Below, one piece after another: positions 37,115-47,667 of a DNA stretch of 64,000 bases. How positions within the stretch are numbered: the first letter of the stretch is position 1; the number at the start of each line of letters is the position of its first letter. The DNA is from Planctomycetota bacterium (GTDB lineage: Bacteria; Planctomycetota; UBA1135): the NCBI GenBank assembly GCA_045047305.1, contig JASFYO010000036.1:32001-96000 (forward strand). Direction: 5' to 3'. Position numbers and translations under genes: made by a program. Under the pieces are notes generated by a model. It saw only the letters and a program-made list of their open reading frames with translations, ran no database searches and had not been told where the DNA came from.

Positions 37115-38554
37115 TCAAACCTTAATCCCGCCTTCTGGAACCGAAACGTCGGAACGCTCGGCAAGCACTGGCGCGACCACTTCCTGCAAGTACTCCTCCA
37201 CCTGTTCTGGGGCGCGTCCAACGAAGTGCTTAGGGTCGACGAGATCGTGGAGCGTATCCGCAACCGCCGCAAAAGCAGGGTCGGCAGCAATACGTTCGAG
37301 CAAATCGTTTTGTCCATCCCCTGCCTTCAAGCGGAAGGCGGCCTCATGACTATGCACGCGAATCAACTCATGCAGCTCCTGGCGATCGCCGCCGGCCTGA
37401 ACACACGCCATCAAAATCGATTCCGTAGCCATGAAAGGCATCTCCTTCGCTAAGTTTTGCCCGATGACATTTGGATAAGGCACCAAACCCGAAGCCACGT
37501 CCTGTACTAGCAGCAAAATAGCATCGGCAGCAAGGAAGGACTCAGGAATCACAATGCGTCGGTTGGCCGAGTCATCCAAAGTGCGTTCCATCCACTGATT
37601 CGATGCCGTATCCAAAGCGTTCGGCGCCAAATGCAAAAGGTAGCGCGACAATGCGCCAATACGTTCACTGCGCATAGGATTACGTTTGTAAGGCATCGCG
37701 GAAGAACCAATCTGCTTCTTGCCAAATGGCTCCTCCAACTCGCGACGATGAGCCATGAGGCGGACGTCGACGGCAAATTTGGAGGCGGATGCTGCAATAC
37801 CAGAGACCGCGTTCAGCACCACGCCATCCCATTTGCGCGGGTAGGTTTGCCCACAAACGGAAACACTACGCGAGAAACCCATGCGCTTGGTAATGCGCTC
37901 GTCCAACTCCCGCACTTTTTTGTGGTCGCCATCGAATAGCTGCAAAAAGGAAGCCTGGGTGCCTGTAGTTCCCTTGACGCCACGGAATGGCAGGCGTGCA
38001 AGCGCATCCTCCACCTCTTCCAAGTCGAGCATGAAATCTTGCAGCCACAAGCAAGCACGCTTGCCCATAGTGGTTGGCTGTGCCGGCTGAAAGTGAGTGA
38101 ACCCCAAAACCGGCAAATCCTTTTGTTCACGGACAAACCCAGAGAGCGCCCGAATCACACCGACTAGGCGTGCGCGTAGAATTCCTAAACCGCGTTGCAT
38201 GCAAACCAAATCGGCGCCATCGGCCACGTAACAAGAAGTGGCACCTAGGTGGATGATCGGCATGGCTGCTGGAGCTTTTTCTCCATAAGCATGCACATGA
38301 GCCATGACATCGTGACGCAACTCGCGTTCGAGATCCGCAACCCGATCGAAATCGATGTCTTCTCGTGCGTCCTTAAGCTCCTGCACCTGTTCCGCGCTGA
38401 TGGCGAGGCCAAGCTCGCGTTCGCTTTCAGCAAGAGCAATCCAAAGATCGCGCCAGACTAAGGACCGGCTGCGGTAGGAAAAGTTTCTCTGCATGGCGCT
38501 ACTGGCGTAGCGGGTGGCGAGTGGAGAAGAGTAGGTGTCGTGGGTGTCCGTCAT
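37115..38554 (-). CDS. purB: Adenylosuccinate lyase
   Basis: RHDVMAH, IHLGATS, FTHFQPAQ, GSSAMPYKRNPM. Start at ATG 38554 (ATGA overlap). Confidence 0.96.
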   Translation of the reverse strand: MTDTHDTYSSPLATRYASSAMQRNFSYRSRSLVWRDLWIALAESERELGLAISAEQVQELKDAREDIDFDRVADLERELRHDVMAHVHAYGEKAPAAMPIIHLGATSCYVADGADLVCMQRGLGILRARLVGVIRALSGFVREQKDLPVLGFTHFQPAQPTTMGKRACLWLQDFMLDLEEVEDALARLPFRGVKGTTGTQASFLQLFDGDHKKVRELDERITKRMGFSRSVSVCGQTYPRKWDGVVLNAVSGIAASASKFAVDVRLMAHRRELEEPFGKKQIGSSAMPYKRNPMRSERIGALSRYLLHLAPNALDTASNQWMERTLDDSANRRIVIPESFLAADAILLLVQDVASGLVPYPNVIGQNLAKEMPFMATESILMACVQAGGDRQELHELIRVHSHEAAFRLKAGDGQNDLLERIAADPAFAAVADTLHDLVDPKHFVGRAPEQVEEYLQEVVAPVLAERSDVSVPEGGIKV

Positions 38555-39048
38555 CGGAAGAAGGAAAGTGGAAGTTCCGGAGCAAAGGAAGGCAGGCAAT
38601 TCCATGCCAAACCCAAAGCTAGAAGGAATACCAAAGGGATCGCATGGTGGCGAATCCACTGTGGTGTCTGCGAGAGATGAGCGACGTAGGCGCCACAAAA
38701 GGCACCGTAACCATCACTTCCGAGATCCCACAGAGAAGAAGATCGGTCGCCGACATAGCCTTGATGAAGTTCGTCCAGAACTCCAATACTGAGTGCGAAA
38801 ACCACAGCCAAGCTCCAGTCGGCAAGAGAATTGCTGGGGCGCTTTAGCGCGAGTAACAAGCTTAAACCAACACCGGCGTACATAGGTTGATGCAGCAGGT
38901 TGGTAAAATAAGACCAAGCGCCGCCAGCACTTGCAGGTCGGTAGCCGCCGGGTAGACCACCCAGGATATAGATGGCAAGTAGAGCGCCCAGACACGCAGC
39001 GATGCGCACCGACTTAGGAAGTTCTAGGAGCCGGTCGTAGCGCATCAT
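38551..39048 (-). CDS. VanZ family membrane protein
   Basis: LLH..MYA and GVLDELHQGYVGDRSSSLWDL..D motifs. Confidence 0.85.
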   Translation of the reverse strand: MMRYDRLLELPKSVRIAACLGALLAIYILGGLPGGYRPASAGGAWSYFTNLLHQPMYAGVGLSLLLALKRPSNSLADWSLAVVFALSIGVLDELHQGYVGDRSSSLWDLGSDGYGAFCGAYVAHLSQTPQWIRHHAIPLVFLLALGLAWNCLPSFAPELPLSFFR

Positions 39049-39905
39049 GCGACAATCGGCTGCAAAAGCATCGAAAGGTCTAGCGCTGGAACCGAATGAG
39101 TCAAACCGCCCATGGAAACGCGATCGATCCCCATGGCTTCAAGGTCGGAGAGCTCATCGATGGAATAGCCACCGCTTGCTTCTAACTCGGCTTGAGGAAA
39201 TTCCTTGCGCAGCCTAACCGCGACATCGCGCAGAGCTTCGCCTTGGAAATTATCCAGTAACACATAAGCAGCACCTGCCGCAAGGGCTGCACGCGCTTGC
39301 TCATAGGTTTCCGCTTCAATGCCCACTTTACGTCCGCCGGCATGCTGGATCGCAGCAACGACTGTATCCGCATAACTCAAACCAGAAAGCGCAAAGTGAT
39401 TCTCCTTGAGCAGCAGTTGATCTTCCAAATCACGCCGATGATTCTCGCCACCGCCTAATACGACAGCTTCTTTCTGCGCATCGCGTAACAGCGGAACGGT
39501 TTTTCGAGTATCCAAAACTCGCACAGCCCCTGCATTCGCTACAGCCTTTGCGGTTTGCGTTGCGACACCACTAAGTTGCTGCATGAAGTTCAAGGCGGTG
39601 CGTTCCGCAGCAAGAATGCCGACGGCAGAGCCGGTGCAGCTAAGCACCTTTTCTCCGGCAATCACAGCATCTCCATCTTGCTTCCACCACTGGATATCCA
39701 TGCTGGGATCACATTGAAGCAAAGCAGCATCAGCGTAAATGCAGCCAGCTAAAACCCCATCTGCACGGGCAATAATCTGTGCTGTGGCACGCGCAGTCGG
39801 CGGCACGACTGCCGAGGATGTGGCATCTACCGTCGCATGATCTTCCTCGAGAGCCAAAGCCACCATGCGAGTGACAGCCTCGAGGCGTTCAGAACCCCTA
39901 TTCAT
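39045..39905 (-). CDS. nadC: Quinolinate phosphoribosyltransferase
   Basis: AERTALN, DTRKT, NHR, LKENH, LLDN, EASGG. Confidence 0.95.
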   Translation of the reverse strand: MNRGSERLEAVTRMVALALEEDHATVDATSSAVVPPTARATAQIIARADGVLAGCIYADAALLQCDPSMDIQWWKQDGDAVIAGEKVLSCTGSAVGILAAERTALNFMQQLSGVATQTAKAVANAGAVRVLDTRKTVPLLRDAQKEAVVLGGGENHRRDLEDQLLLKENHFALSGLSYADTVVAAIQHAGGRKVGIEAETYEQARAALAAGAAYVLLDNFQGEALRDVAVRLRKEFPQAELEASGGYSIDELSDLEAMGIDRVSMGGLTHSVPALDLSMLLQPIVA

Positions 39906-40233
39906 CCCTATATTCTAACGAAGCGTACCAAGCCGCTACATCCCTAGCTGTAGTCTCCCCGACGCCAGGAAGGAGTGCCAAGCGTGGTGGCGTAAGTGGC
40001 AGCTGCAAGAAAGCCCGATGCTCCACAATCTGACCAGCACGGTAGGCCCCAACTCCTGGCAACCAACTGAGACGCAAGGCGTCGTCGTGGGCGAGGTCTG
40101 GGACCAAAGTTTCGGGACCACCACCGGGGGCGGTCCAGCCGGGCAAGCGTTCTGCATGGGGTAATGCAACACCACGGATGGCGGCAAGCAGTAACAGGGC
40201 GGCAAGCAAGATGTCGTGGGTCCAATTGTGCAC
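39898..40233 (-). CDS. ComEA-like helix-hairpin-helix protein
   Basis: N-terminal hydrophobic helix; two HhH motifs, LPGVGAYRA and LPGVGETTA. Confidence 0.75.
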   Translation of the reverse strand: MHNWTHDILLAALLLLAAIRGVALPHAERLPGWTAPGGGPETLVPDLAHDDALRLSWLPGVGAYRAGQIVEHRAFLQLPLTPPRLALLPGVGETTARDVAAWYASLEYRDE

Positions 40234-40247
40234 CCAATGAAGACGAC

Positions 40248-41000
40248 TTAAGCAGCGCTTGGCTCGCCTTTTTCTTGCTGGCGTAAAAGATGGTCGATCG
40301 CAAGGTCCACGGCTTCGTCATCTTGGAGTAAAAGCAAAGGCGAACCGCGGAGTTTGCCTGGCACCGCAATGTACACATGTTCCTCCTCCACCATCAAAGT
40401 CGCGAGTGGTCCACTTGCGCTTGTCAGCAATAATGGCCAATCGCCTCCCTTACACAAGACTTCGGGTTGCAGTACCGAACAGGCCTGCAATAGGCGGCGC
40501 AAGTAACGCGTTTCGATAGAACCTGGCAACATGGCAAGATAATCCAAGTTATTGCTGGTGGAAATCATCTCATCTAAGAAGATGAACGGAGTGCGTCGGC
40601 CGTTGATCGGTGGCTCTACGCGAAAGCAGCGCAAGGGAAAAGCGGTGGCCAATAGCTGCAAACGCTCACGGGCGTCATGCGGAAAGTTGGGTGCTAGAAG
40701 AAACAGACGCGGCTCATTGGGGCGCGCGAAGAGGTCGCGGTAACGCTCACCTCCGCCACGCAAGCGCGCGATGAGGAGGAGGATTTGATCGTAGGTGGAA
40801 GGGTCGAAAGACTCCACATGGAGCATCAAACAAGGCCGCCCTAAGCCGTCCACCCCACAAACGTCGACTGAGATATCAGAGCCCAACTCCAATCCATGCT
40901 CAAGCATCCGCAGCCCTGGTTCCAAGGATTCCGGATGATGCACGAGCCACTTTAAGAATTCATCAAAATCCCAGCTCGGCTTTTCCTTAGGGGGGGTCAC
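40248..41000 (-). CDS. Hypothetical protein with a degenerate NucS/DUF91-like PD-(D/E)xK domain
   Basis: HPESLEPGLRML...VDVCGVDGLG...Q...PRLFLLAPNF pattern; GTGA overlap with the ruvC stop. Confidence 0.55.
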   Translation of the reverse strand: MTPPKEKPSWDFDEFLKWLVHHPESLEPGLRMLEHGLELGSDISVDVCGVDGLGRPCLMLHVESFDPSTYDQILLLIARLRGGGERYRDLFARPNEPRLFLLAPNFPHDARERLQLLATAFPLRCFRVEPPINGRRTPFIFLDEMISTSNNLDYLAMLPGSIETRYLRRLLQACSVLQPEVLCKGGDWPLLLTSASGPLATLMVEEEHVYIAVPGKLRGSPLLLLQDDEAVDLAIDHLLRQQEKGEPSAA

Positions 41001-41575
41001 TGAAAAGTCGCTCCAGGAGGAAGCTTACCGCGATTTCGTGGCTCAATACCCCCAGAATCCCGTGTTTTCAAGGATGTCGCATCTAGGGCGGCCGGAGCGA
41101 GCAGCGCACAAGCCGCCACCGCAAGAGCATCCGATTCGTCCGCCGTAACCGGCTCAAAGTCCACCAGACCATAATGCACAGCAACCAAATGCTCCACTTG
41201 GTCCTTGGTTGCAGACCCGATTCCTGCGACACGAGCCTTGACCGTAGCGGGCGTCAGCTCCACCAGAGGCACGCCAAAGGCCTCTGCGGTCATGAGTACC
41301 ACCCCGCGGGCTTCACCAATGCGCAAGGCCGATTGCGCATTCTTACCAAAAAAAGCCGCTTCCAAAGCCACTTCCTGAGGCTGATACTTCTCAAAAACCT
41401 CAAGTAAATGCTGGTGCAAACGGTGCAGCCGAACCCCCATTGCCAGCGGTGCGCGGCCAAGAGTCCAAGCACCAGAATCTATCCGGGCAAGCTGACCACG
41501 ATCGTTGGACTCGGCAATTGCCCAGCCCACAACCTGGCTTCCAGGATCAATCCCCAAGATGCGGCGTAGCAACAC
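40997..41575 (-). CDS. ruvC: Holliday junction resolvase
   Basis: ILGIDPG, ALEAAFF, IGEARG, ATKDQV, DESDALAVA. Confidence 0.95.
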   Translation of the reverse strand: MLLRRILGIDPGSQVVGWAIAESNDRGQLARIDSGAWTLGRAPLAMGVRLHRLHQHLLEVFEKYQPQEVALEAAFFGKNAQSALRIGEARGVVLMTAEAFGVPLVELTPATVKARVAGIGSATKDQVEHLVAVHYGLVDFEPVTADESDALAVAACALLAPAALDATSLKTRDSGGIEPRNRGKLPPGATFQ

Positions 41576-41584
41576 AGGTGCATG

Positions 41585-44473
41585 CTACTTCTTCGGAAGG
41601 TCATGATTCAGCTGCTCTCCTGCGGTAATCACCAAAGCCTTGGAAGTGTAATCTCCATGATTCACGGTGTAAGTGCCAGGCGCAAGGTCGTTGAAGCTAT
41701 AACGGCCATCGGAGCCTGTCATGGCAATATCAACCATGCCACCGTCTTCATCTTGCAACATGATGAGCGCGTTGGGCCCAAACATACTGCGTCCGGTTAA
41801 CTCTGGATCATAAGTCGCGTCCGCACCAGAGATGCTCGCACCCTTTTGTAAGCGATGAGTACCGAGGTCGACGTCGTCCCCTTCCCCTACCTTGAACGGC
41901 TCGGAAGTCCAACGCTCATAACCACGGGCGCGACATTTCACCACCCAGGTTCCAGCTGGGACATCGGTAAAACGGAAGTCGCCATCGGCGTCAGAAACCG
42001 CACTGGCATCATTGGGACTGCCGCTCGCCATCTGAACCGCTGGGCCTTCACCATTGTCGACCACCATGATGGCAATCCCCTGGGTGCGAGTAGCGCCTTC
42101 TTCTCCTCCACTATCGCGTTCTAAGCTAAGGCTAGCGCCTACCATCGGGCGGCTGTCTGCGAAAAGATTTCCTTTCACCATGGCACCGGGAATCTCGATT
42201 TCAAACTCTTGGCTTCCACCTGCAAGCTCCACTTCCTTTCTCACTTGCGGCGCTTGATTGCCGGCACGCACCACCAAAATGTACTTGCCAGGCTCTTTGG
42301 GCTCGAGCAGTGCACGGCCGGATGCATTGGTGGTGCTTCCTTTCGGCGTGCTTAAATCCATTCCTTGTGGACCAAGGCCATTCGGCGGATTCTCTAACCA
42401 AGCTTGCACTCCACCAGCCGGGCTACCGTTTCGGGTAACCAAAACAGAGGCCAACCCTAGGTCATGGATTTTCATGACCACCTCAACTCGCGCATCTCCG
42501 CGCACGTCGACCTGCTCCACGGGATGCATCGTTCCCTCCTGCAGCGGCCCCCCCAACATGATGACCATGCCACCCATTTCAGCTTCGGCCTCGCGATAGC
42601 CAACTTCATAGCGCCCCGATTCCAATCGCGGCCAAACTGCACGGCCAGTGGTATCGCTTATTTGGCTTAGAGTCTCACCTTCGCGGTCCAGGGGCTTTAG
42701 ATAGACATCGACGCGTGGAAGTGCCACCTTATCGGGAGTCATGACGAAGACCACTAGCTGCGAGGCTGCGGGAAGCATGACTTCCTCCACCTGCGCATCA
42801 TCGACTCGATCAAAACGATGGGTGCGATCCGCGTGGCCCTTGGCATGGACCTCGATCTCGTAAGTGCCTACGGGAACTCCATAGATTACCGCGCGGCCGA
42901 AGGCATCGCTGGTGCCACGAAAACCGCGGCCAATGGAAGTCATGCGCGTTTCGGATTCGGTATCCCCATCCGAGGATGCATCATGCGCGAACTCGACTTC
43001 GAAATCCCCCCAGGAACCTTCGGACCGAATGTCGTGCAGGGAAACATCGGCTCCAGCAACAGCATTTCCATCTGAGCCCAAAACTGAAACCACCAAATGG
43101 CGGGCTGGTTCTAAGGTGACCGCCAACCCGCTCACGTTTTCCGTCAACGCGACAGGGAAATCCACCAACTGCCCTAATGGCGAAAAGACTTGCAAGGTGT
43201 AATCACCTGGTCGTAATCCCTGAATGGAAAAGCTGCCATCTTGCGCTGTCACTTGTTCCGAACCACGACGCATCCCTCCCACATCGCCAAGCTGCGCTTC
43301 CAAACTGCGCGCTAGGCGGACTTCCGCACCGGCAACGGGCTTGCCATTTGGCCCGACCACCTTGCCTGCGAAAGTCAAACTGCGCGTCAGGTGGACCACC
43401 AGTTCCTCTCCTGCTGCGGGGAGTTTCTTGCGCTGGGTTGCGAACCCCTCGCCACGAATCACCACCGAGTCCAACTCGGATTCCAACCCAGCCAAAGTGA
43501 ATCGACCTTGGCTATCCGTGTGTGCACCGATGCGACTCTGCAAAGGAACAGACTCCGACATTTCCGTAAAGCCAATATCAAAGAGCATGCGATTGGGACC
43601 TACCACAGCGCCAACCACCGGCCGATGATCTTCATCCAGTACCACGCCGCTAACGCTGCGGCCAGCACCCATGTGTAAGTCCAAAGCTTGCGTAACTCCG
43701 CGCCCGTTCACCACCACGGGATCGGCTTGCGCCGGCGCGAATCCATCAGAGAATGCGCGTAAGCGGTAGGTCCCAGCCGGAATACCACCAATTTCATAAG
43801 CCCCATTTTCATCCGTCGTGACCTCGTGATTCACCTGCGATCCCATCATGATCGAGGACCCGCTTTCACTCAGATGAATACGCGACAGGGCAAGCGGATT
43901 CCCTTCTGGGTCCAATACGCGCCCTGCAATCGTATCGGCGGTGGCCAAGGTCAAGGATCCCAAATCTAGCTCTTCGCCAGGCTGCAACGCTGCCAACTGG
44001 TAGGACTGTGGAGCCCAAAAATCCCCGCTACTCACTAATTCTAGGGCGACATCAGAAGGCACTTGCATACGCACCGAGCCACTGGAGTCACTGGCCCCTT
44101 CGCCCATAATTTCGGCCTTGCCAAAGCGTTGCGAAGTTTGTGCGCGTAAGTAACTTCCAGCAATAGCGCGCCCATTGGAATCGACCAACTTAGCTCGAAC
44201 CCAAGAGGCTTCCTCAGTGCTAGCCGCAAGCCTGACTGCACCACCTTCGGGATTCATATTCGAACGTGTCATGCCAGCAGGAGCCTCCACCCGGTCGGCA
44301 GCTTGAATTCCCTCGGCCTCCGCGGATTCGCCTGCAGTGGCGCCGCCGACCGCAGCTGAGACTTGAGTAACCTCCCCTAGCGGATTCACATCCGTCGGCG
44401 ATTGATAGAAGAAAAACACAGCTCCACCACAGAGGGCGAGCAAAACGAGAATGGCTGGGAGAATGCGTGGCAT
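41585..44473 (-). CDS. Large membrane-anchored protein with tandem carboxypeptidase-regulatory-like repeats
   Basis: N-terminal TM and many GxVxDxxGxPxxGAxV...TDxxGxF...GxY units. Start likely at ATG 44473. Confidence 0.82.
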   Translation of the reverse strand: MPRILPAILVLLALCGGAVFFFYQSPTDVNPLGEVTQVSAAVGGATAGESAEAEGIQAADRVEAPAGMTRSNMNPEGGAVRLAASTEEASWVRAKLVDSNGRAIAGSYLRAQTSQRFGKAEIMGEGASDSSGSVRMQVPSDVALELVSSGDFWAPQSYQLAALQPGEELDLGSLTLATADTIAGRVLDPEGNPLALSRIHLSESGSSIMMGSQVNHEVTTDENGAYEIGGIPAGTYRLRAFSDGFAPAQADPVVVNGRGVTQALDLHMGAGRSVSGVVLDEDHRPVVGAVVGPNRMLFDIGFTEMSESVPLQSRIGAHTDSQGRFTLAGLESELDSVVIRGEGFATQRKKLPAAGEELVVHLTRSLTFAGKVVGPNGKPVAGAEVRLARSLEAQLGDVGGMRRGSEQVTAQDGSFSIQGLRPGDYTLQVFSPLGQLVDFPVALTENVSGLAVTLEPARHLVVSVLGSDGNAVAGADVSLHDIRSEGSWGDFEVEFAHDASSDGDTESETRMTSIGRGFRGTSDAFGRAVIYGVPVGTYEIEVHAKGHADRTHRFDRVDDAQVEEVMLPAASQLVVFVMTPDKVALPRVDVYLKPLDREGETLSQISDTTGRAVWPRLESGRYEVGYREAEAEMGGMVIMLGGPLQEGTMHPVEQVDVRGDARVEVVMKIHDLGLASVLVTRNGSPAGGVQAWLENPPNGLGPQGMDLSTPKGSTTNASGRALLEPKEPGKYILVVRAGNQAPQVRKEVELAGGSQEFEIEIPGAMVKGNLFADSRPMVGASLSLERDSGGEEGATRTQGIAIMVVDNGEGPAVQMASGSPNDASAVSDADGDFRFTDVPAGTWVVKCRARGYERWTSEPFKVGEGDDVDLGTHRLQKGASISGADATYDPELTGRSMFGPNALIMLQDEDGGMVDIAMTGSDGRYSFNDLAPGTYTVNHGDYTSKALVITAGEQLNHDLPKK

Positions 44474-44578
44474 GGTCAACGAAGGCTGGGCCTGGATTCT
44501 ATAACGACCGAGGTAGTCGAACGTTGGGATTTCTTTCAACTTTTCGTGCCGACCAATTCTAGGTGCTACCCTTTGCGC

Positions 44579-45292
44579 ATGACTGCAGATACCGCTGCCG
44601 TATTAGTCGCCGCCGGCCGAGGTCGTCGCATGGGGGGCATAAACAAAGCTCTCTTACGCCTAGGAGAGCGTCCGCTGCTGGATTACAGCCTTCGGACCCT
44701 GCTCGCGTCGCCATCGATTGGGCGCATTGTTTTAGTCATGAACGCGATGGACTTGCAGCGCTTCACCGACGAATGGCACTGCACACCAAGCGAAATGGGA
44801 GTCGACGAAATCGTTGCAGGAGGCTCCGAACGCTGGCTATCAAGCCAAAATGGTTGCATAGCTGCAGGCAAGGATTTCCCCTACCTTTTGGTCCACGATG
44901 CAGCGCGCCCCCTGCTTCAGGCAAGCGATTTGGAATCCGTGCTTCAAGCCGCACGCAAAACCGGTGCTGCCCTTGCTGCCGAGCCACTTGCAGACACGCT
45001 CAAGCAAAGTTGCACCGATACCCGAGTGCAGACCACGGTTCCGCGTGAAGGTTTATGGCGCGCGCAAACCCCGCAAGTCGCGAAAACGGAATGGATGCTG
45101 CAAGCCTTTGCTGATTGGAACCCCGCGGTCGACGGCCTCCCCACCGATGAATCCATGATGCTCGAAAAAATTGGGCATCCAGTCGAGTTAGTTCCCTGCC
45201 AGGGACCCAACTTCAAAATCACTTTACCGCGCGACTTACTTCTCGCCGAAGCCTTGATGCGTGAAACCCAAGCTGTGCAACATGATTCCTGA
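44579..45292 (+). CDS. ispD: MEP cytidylyltransferase
   Basis: AAGRGRRMG..NK, GGSER, VHDAARP, AQTPQ, TDES, NFKIT. Confidence 0.95.
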   Translation: MTADTAAVLVAAGRGRRMGGINKALLRLGERPLLDYSLRTLLASPSIGRIVLVMNAMDLQRFTDEWHCTPSEMGVDEIVAGGSERWLSSQNGCIAAGKDFPYLLVHDAARPLLQASDLESVLQAARKTGAALAAEPLADTLKQSCTDTRVQTTVPREGLWRAQTPQVAKTEWMLQAFADWNPAVDGLPTDESMMLEKIGHPVELVPCQGPNFKITLPRDLLLAEALMRETQAVQHDS

Positions 45293-45767
45293 TTCTGTTC
45301 CCCGCATAGGATTGGGTTGGGATCGCCATTCCTTAGTGGAAAACCGTCCCTGCATTTTGGGTGGAGTTCCTATTCCCAATGCCGTCGGCCCCAGTGGCCA
45401 CTCCGATGCCGATGTCCTCCTGCATGCGCTTTGCGATGCCCTGCTTGGCGCCGCCGGTCTAGATGATCTCGGCACCATGTTTCCGGACGCGGAGCCACAA
45501 TGGAAAGGTGCAGCCAGCACCCAGTTTGTCGAGGCCGCGATGAAGTTACTGCGCGCCAAAAAACTGCAAGTCGCTTCCGCCGACCTAGTAGTCATCTGCG
45601 ACACTCCAAAGTTATCTCCACACCGTGACGTAATCCGAGAGAACTTAGCGCAAATGCTGGAGCTACCTGTGGACCGCGTCAACCTGAAGGGCAAGACCAC
45701 GGAAGGTGGTTCTGGCGGCGCGATTGAAGTGCAGGCAGTGGTCTTGCTGGTCAACCGAAACGACTAA
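45282..45767 (+). CDS. ispF: MECDP synthase
   Basis: RIGLGWDRH, GHSDADVLLHALCDALLGA, KGKTTE. Confidence 0.95.
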   Translation: MIPDSVPRIGLGWDRHSLVENRPCILGGVPIPNAVGPSGHSDADVLLHALCDALLGAAGLDDLGTMFPDAEPQWKGAASTQFVEAAMKLLRAKKLQVASADLVVICDTPKLSPHRDVIRENLAQMLELPVDRVNLKGKTTEGGSGGAIEVQAVVLLVNRND

Positions 45768-47662
45768 GCAGGGGTTTCCGCATCAGGCGAACCCACTTGT
45801 AGTGCCCACATTTTGGCGTAGCTACCACCGCGTCCGAGCAAGTCATCATGCGAACCGCTTTCGATGATGCGCCCACCTTCTAGAACCAAAATCTTATCGG
45901 CGCTGCGAATGGTGCCGAGGCGATGCGCAATCACAAAGGTGGTGCGACCTTCCATCAGGTTTTCCAAAGCCTCTTGCACTTTACGTTCGGATTCTGAATC
46001 TAGAGCACTGGTAGCTTCGTCGAGGAGCAGGACATCGGCATCCTTGAGCAGGGCGCGGGCAATCGTCACACGTTGCGCTTGACCGCCGCTTAAGCGCGCA
46101 CCAGAGTCACCAACTTGGGTATCCAAGCCATCTGGCATCTGCTCCAAAGTATCCATTAAGTTAGCCGCCTTACATGCAGCCAGAATGGCTTCTTCACTGG
46201 CATCCAGAGTGCCGTAGCGAATGTTATCGCGGATGGATGCCTGAAACAGGAATGGCTGTTGCTGCACCACCGCGAGATGATCCATCCAATCTCCCTTGCG
46301 CAGATCGCGCAGATCGGTTCCATCCACGAGAATCCGACCTTCCGTAGTCTCATAAAAACGAGCCACCAAATCCAAAATGGTGCTCTTGCCGGCGCCAGAT
46401 AAACCCACTAGCGCAATGCGTTCGCCAAGTGCTACTTCAAGCTGAATATTGCACAGAGCAGGCTCGTTCGCATCGGGATAAGTAAATCCCACGCTCTCGA
46501 ACTGAATGCCCTGCTTCAGGCCTGTAAACGCTTTTGCATCTGCGGCATCTTGCAAGTCCGGCGCAAGTTCGAAAACCTCGAAGACTCGATCAATCGAACC
46601 AAGAGATCCGTAAATCGCGGCGAATGCGCGGGTGAGCCGCTTAACGTAAGCCATCAACATACCAATGGAGGTTAGGAAAACCACCATGGTGCCTGCACCG
46701 CTGAAAATCGGGGCGCGCCCACTTGCAACCAAGGACAAGTGAAGGATGACTAACAAGCCAAGAACCAATCCAATGCCACCATTCGCGAAGAATGCGGTCA
46801 CCGCCAAACTCGTGGCTTGAGCGCGGATCATGCGACCTGTTTCATGCACGAACTCTTCGTTGGCGCGGCGAAAGTTACCGACCTCCTGCTGCTCCATGCG
46901 GAAAGCCTTCACCACTCGAATACCCGACAACATCTGGGTAAGCCGTTGCGTTGTATCACCCAAACTATCTTGGGATTTTTTCGCCCGACGTCGGATGCTA
47001 GGGCCAATCTTAGCCACTGGCAAGGCAATCACGGGGATCAGTATCAACATGCCAACGGTTGCTGTAGGCTCCGCCGCCCATGCCATAAACAACGAGGTGA
47101 GGATGGCCACGGGAGATTGCACGATCTCCTCCAACATCACACTGAGCACACGCAAACTTGCCGCGACGTCGACGGTGAGGCGGGAAAGCAGGTCGCCGAG
47201 ACGTCGGTCGGAGTGAAAGCCCATGCCAAGCTTCATCACGTGGTCGGCGAGATCAATACGCAAGTCGGTAACCATGCGTACCGATAGCATGCGCGCCATA
47301 GCAAGAAAGAAAAACTGGATGATCGAGATGACCAGCGCGATGCCCGACATCAATAGCAGCATCACCACCACCTGGCTCACGCCGTCCGCCAATCCCCAGT
47401 TAGAGAAGGTGGAAAGCCATGGTTCCATCACATTGCTGGTGAAGCGTTCCAGCGCCGAAGCAGTGGCATCTTGACTCGAAACCTCCCCCAAACCAAGACG
47501 ATCAGTAAGCGGCTTAAAGAAAAGCAGCGTCGCACGGCCGCCAATCGCCGCAATTGCGCCGAGTGCGATCACCCCAAAGGCTTGCCGCCGGTAAGGCCTT
47601 AAATAAGGCACCAACCGGCGGAAAGCGGAAAGGATGGATCCTTTGTTTTTCTTCTTTGCCAA
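45764..47662 (-). CDS. ABC exporter, fused TMD-NBD (MsbA-like)
   Basis: TM domain, Walker A GLSGAGKS, LSGGQAQR, LLDEATSALD, IAHRL. Confidence 0.92.
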   Translation of the reverse strand: MAKKKNKGSILSAFRRLVPYLRPYRRQAFGVIALGAIAAIGGRATLLFFKPLTDRLGLGEVSSQDATASALERFTSNVMEPWLSTFSNWGLADGVSQVVVMLLLMSGIALVISIIQFFFLAMARMLSVRMVTDLRIDLADHVMKLGMGFHSDRRLGDLLSRLTVDVAASLRVLSVMLEEIVQSPVAILTSLFMAWAAEPTATVGMLILIPVIALPVAKIGPSIRRRAKKSQDSLGDTTQRLTQMLSGIRVVKAFRMEQQEVGNFRRANEEFVHETGRMIRAQATSLAVTAFFANGGIGLVLGLLVILHLSLVASGRAPIFSGAGTMVVFLTSIGMLMAYVKRLTRAFAAIYGSLGSIDRVFEVFELAPDLQDAADAKAFTGLKQGIQFESVGFTYPDANEPALCNIQLEVALGERIALVGLSGAGKSTILDLVARFYETTEGRILVDGTDLRDLRKGDWMDHLAVVQQQPFLFQASIRDNIRYGTLDASEEAILAACKAANLMDTLEQMPDGLDTQVGDSGARLSGGQAQRVTIARALLKDADVLLLDEATSALDSESERKVQEALENLMEGRTTFVIAHRLGTIRSADKILVLEGGRIIESGSHDDLLGRGGSYAKMWALQVGSPDAETPA

Positions 47663-47667
47663 GGTGG

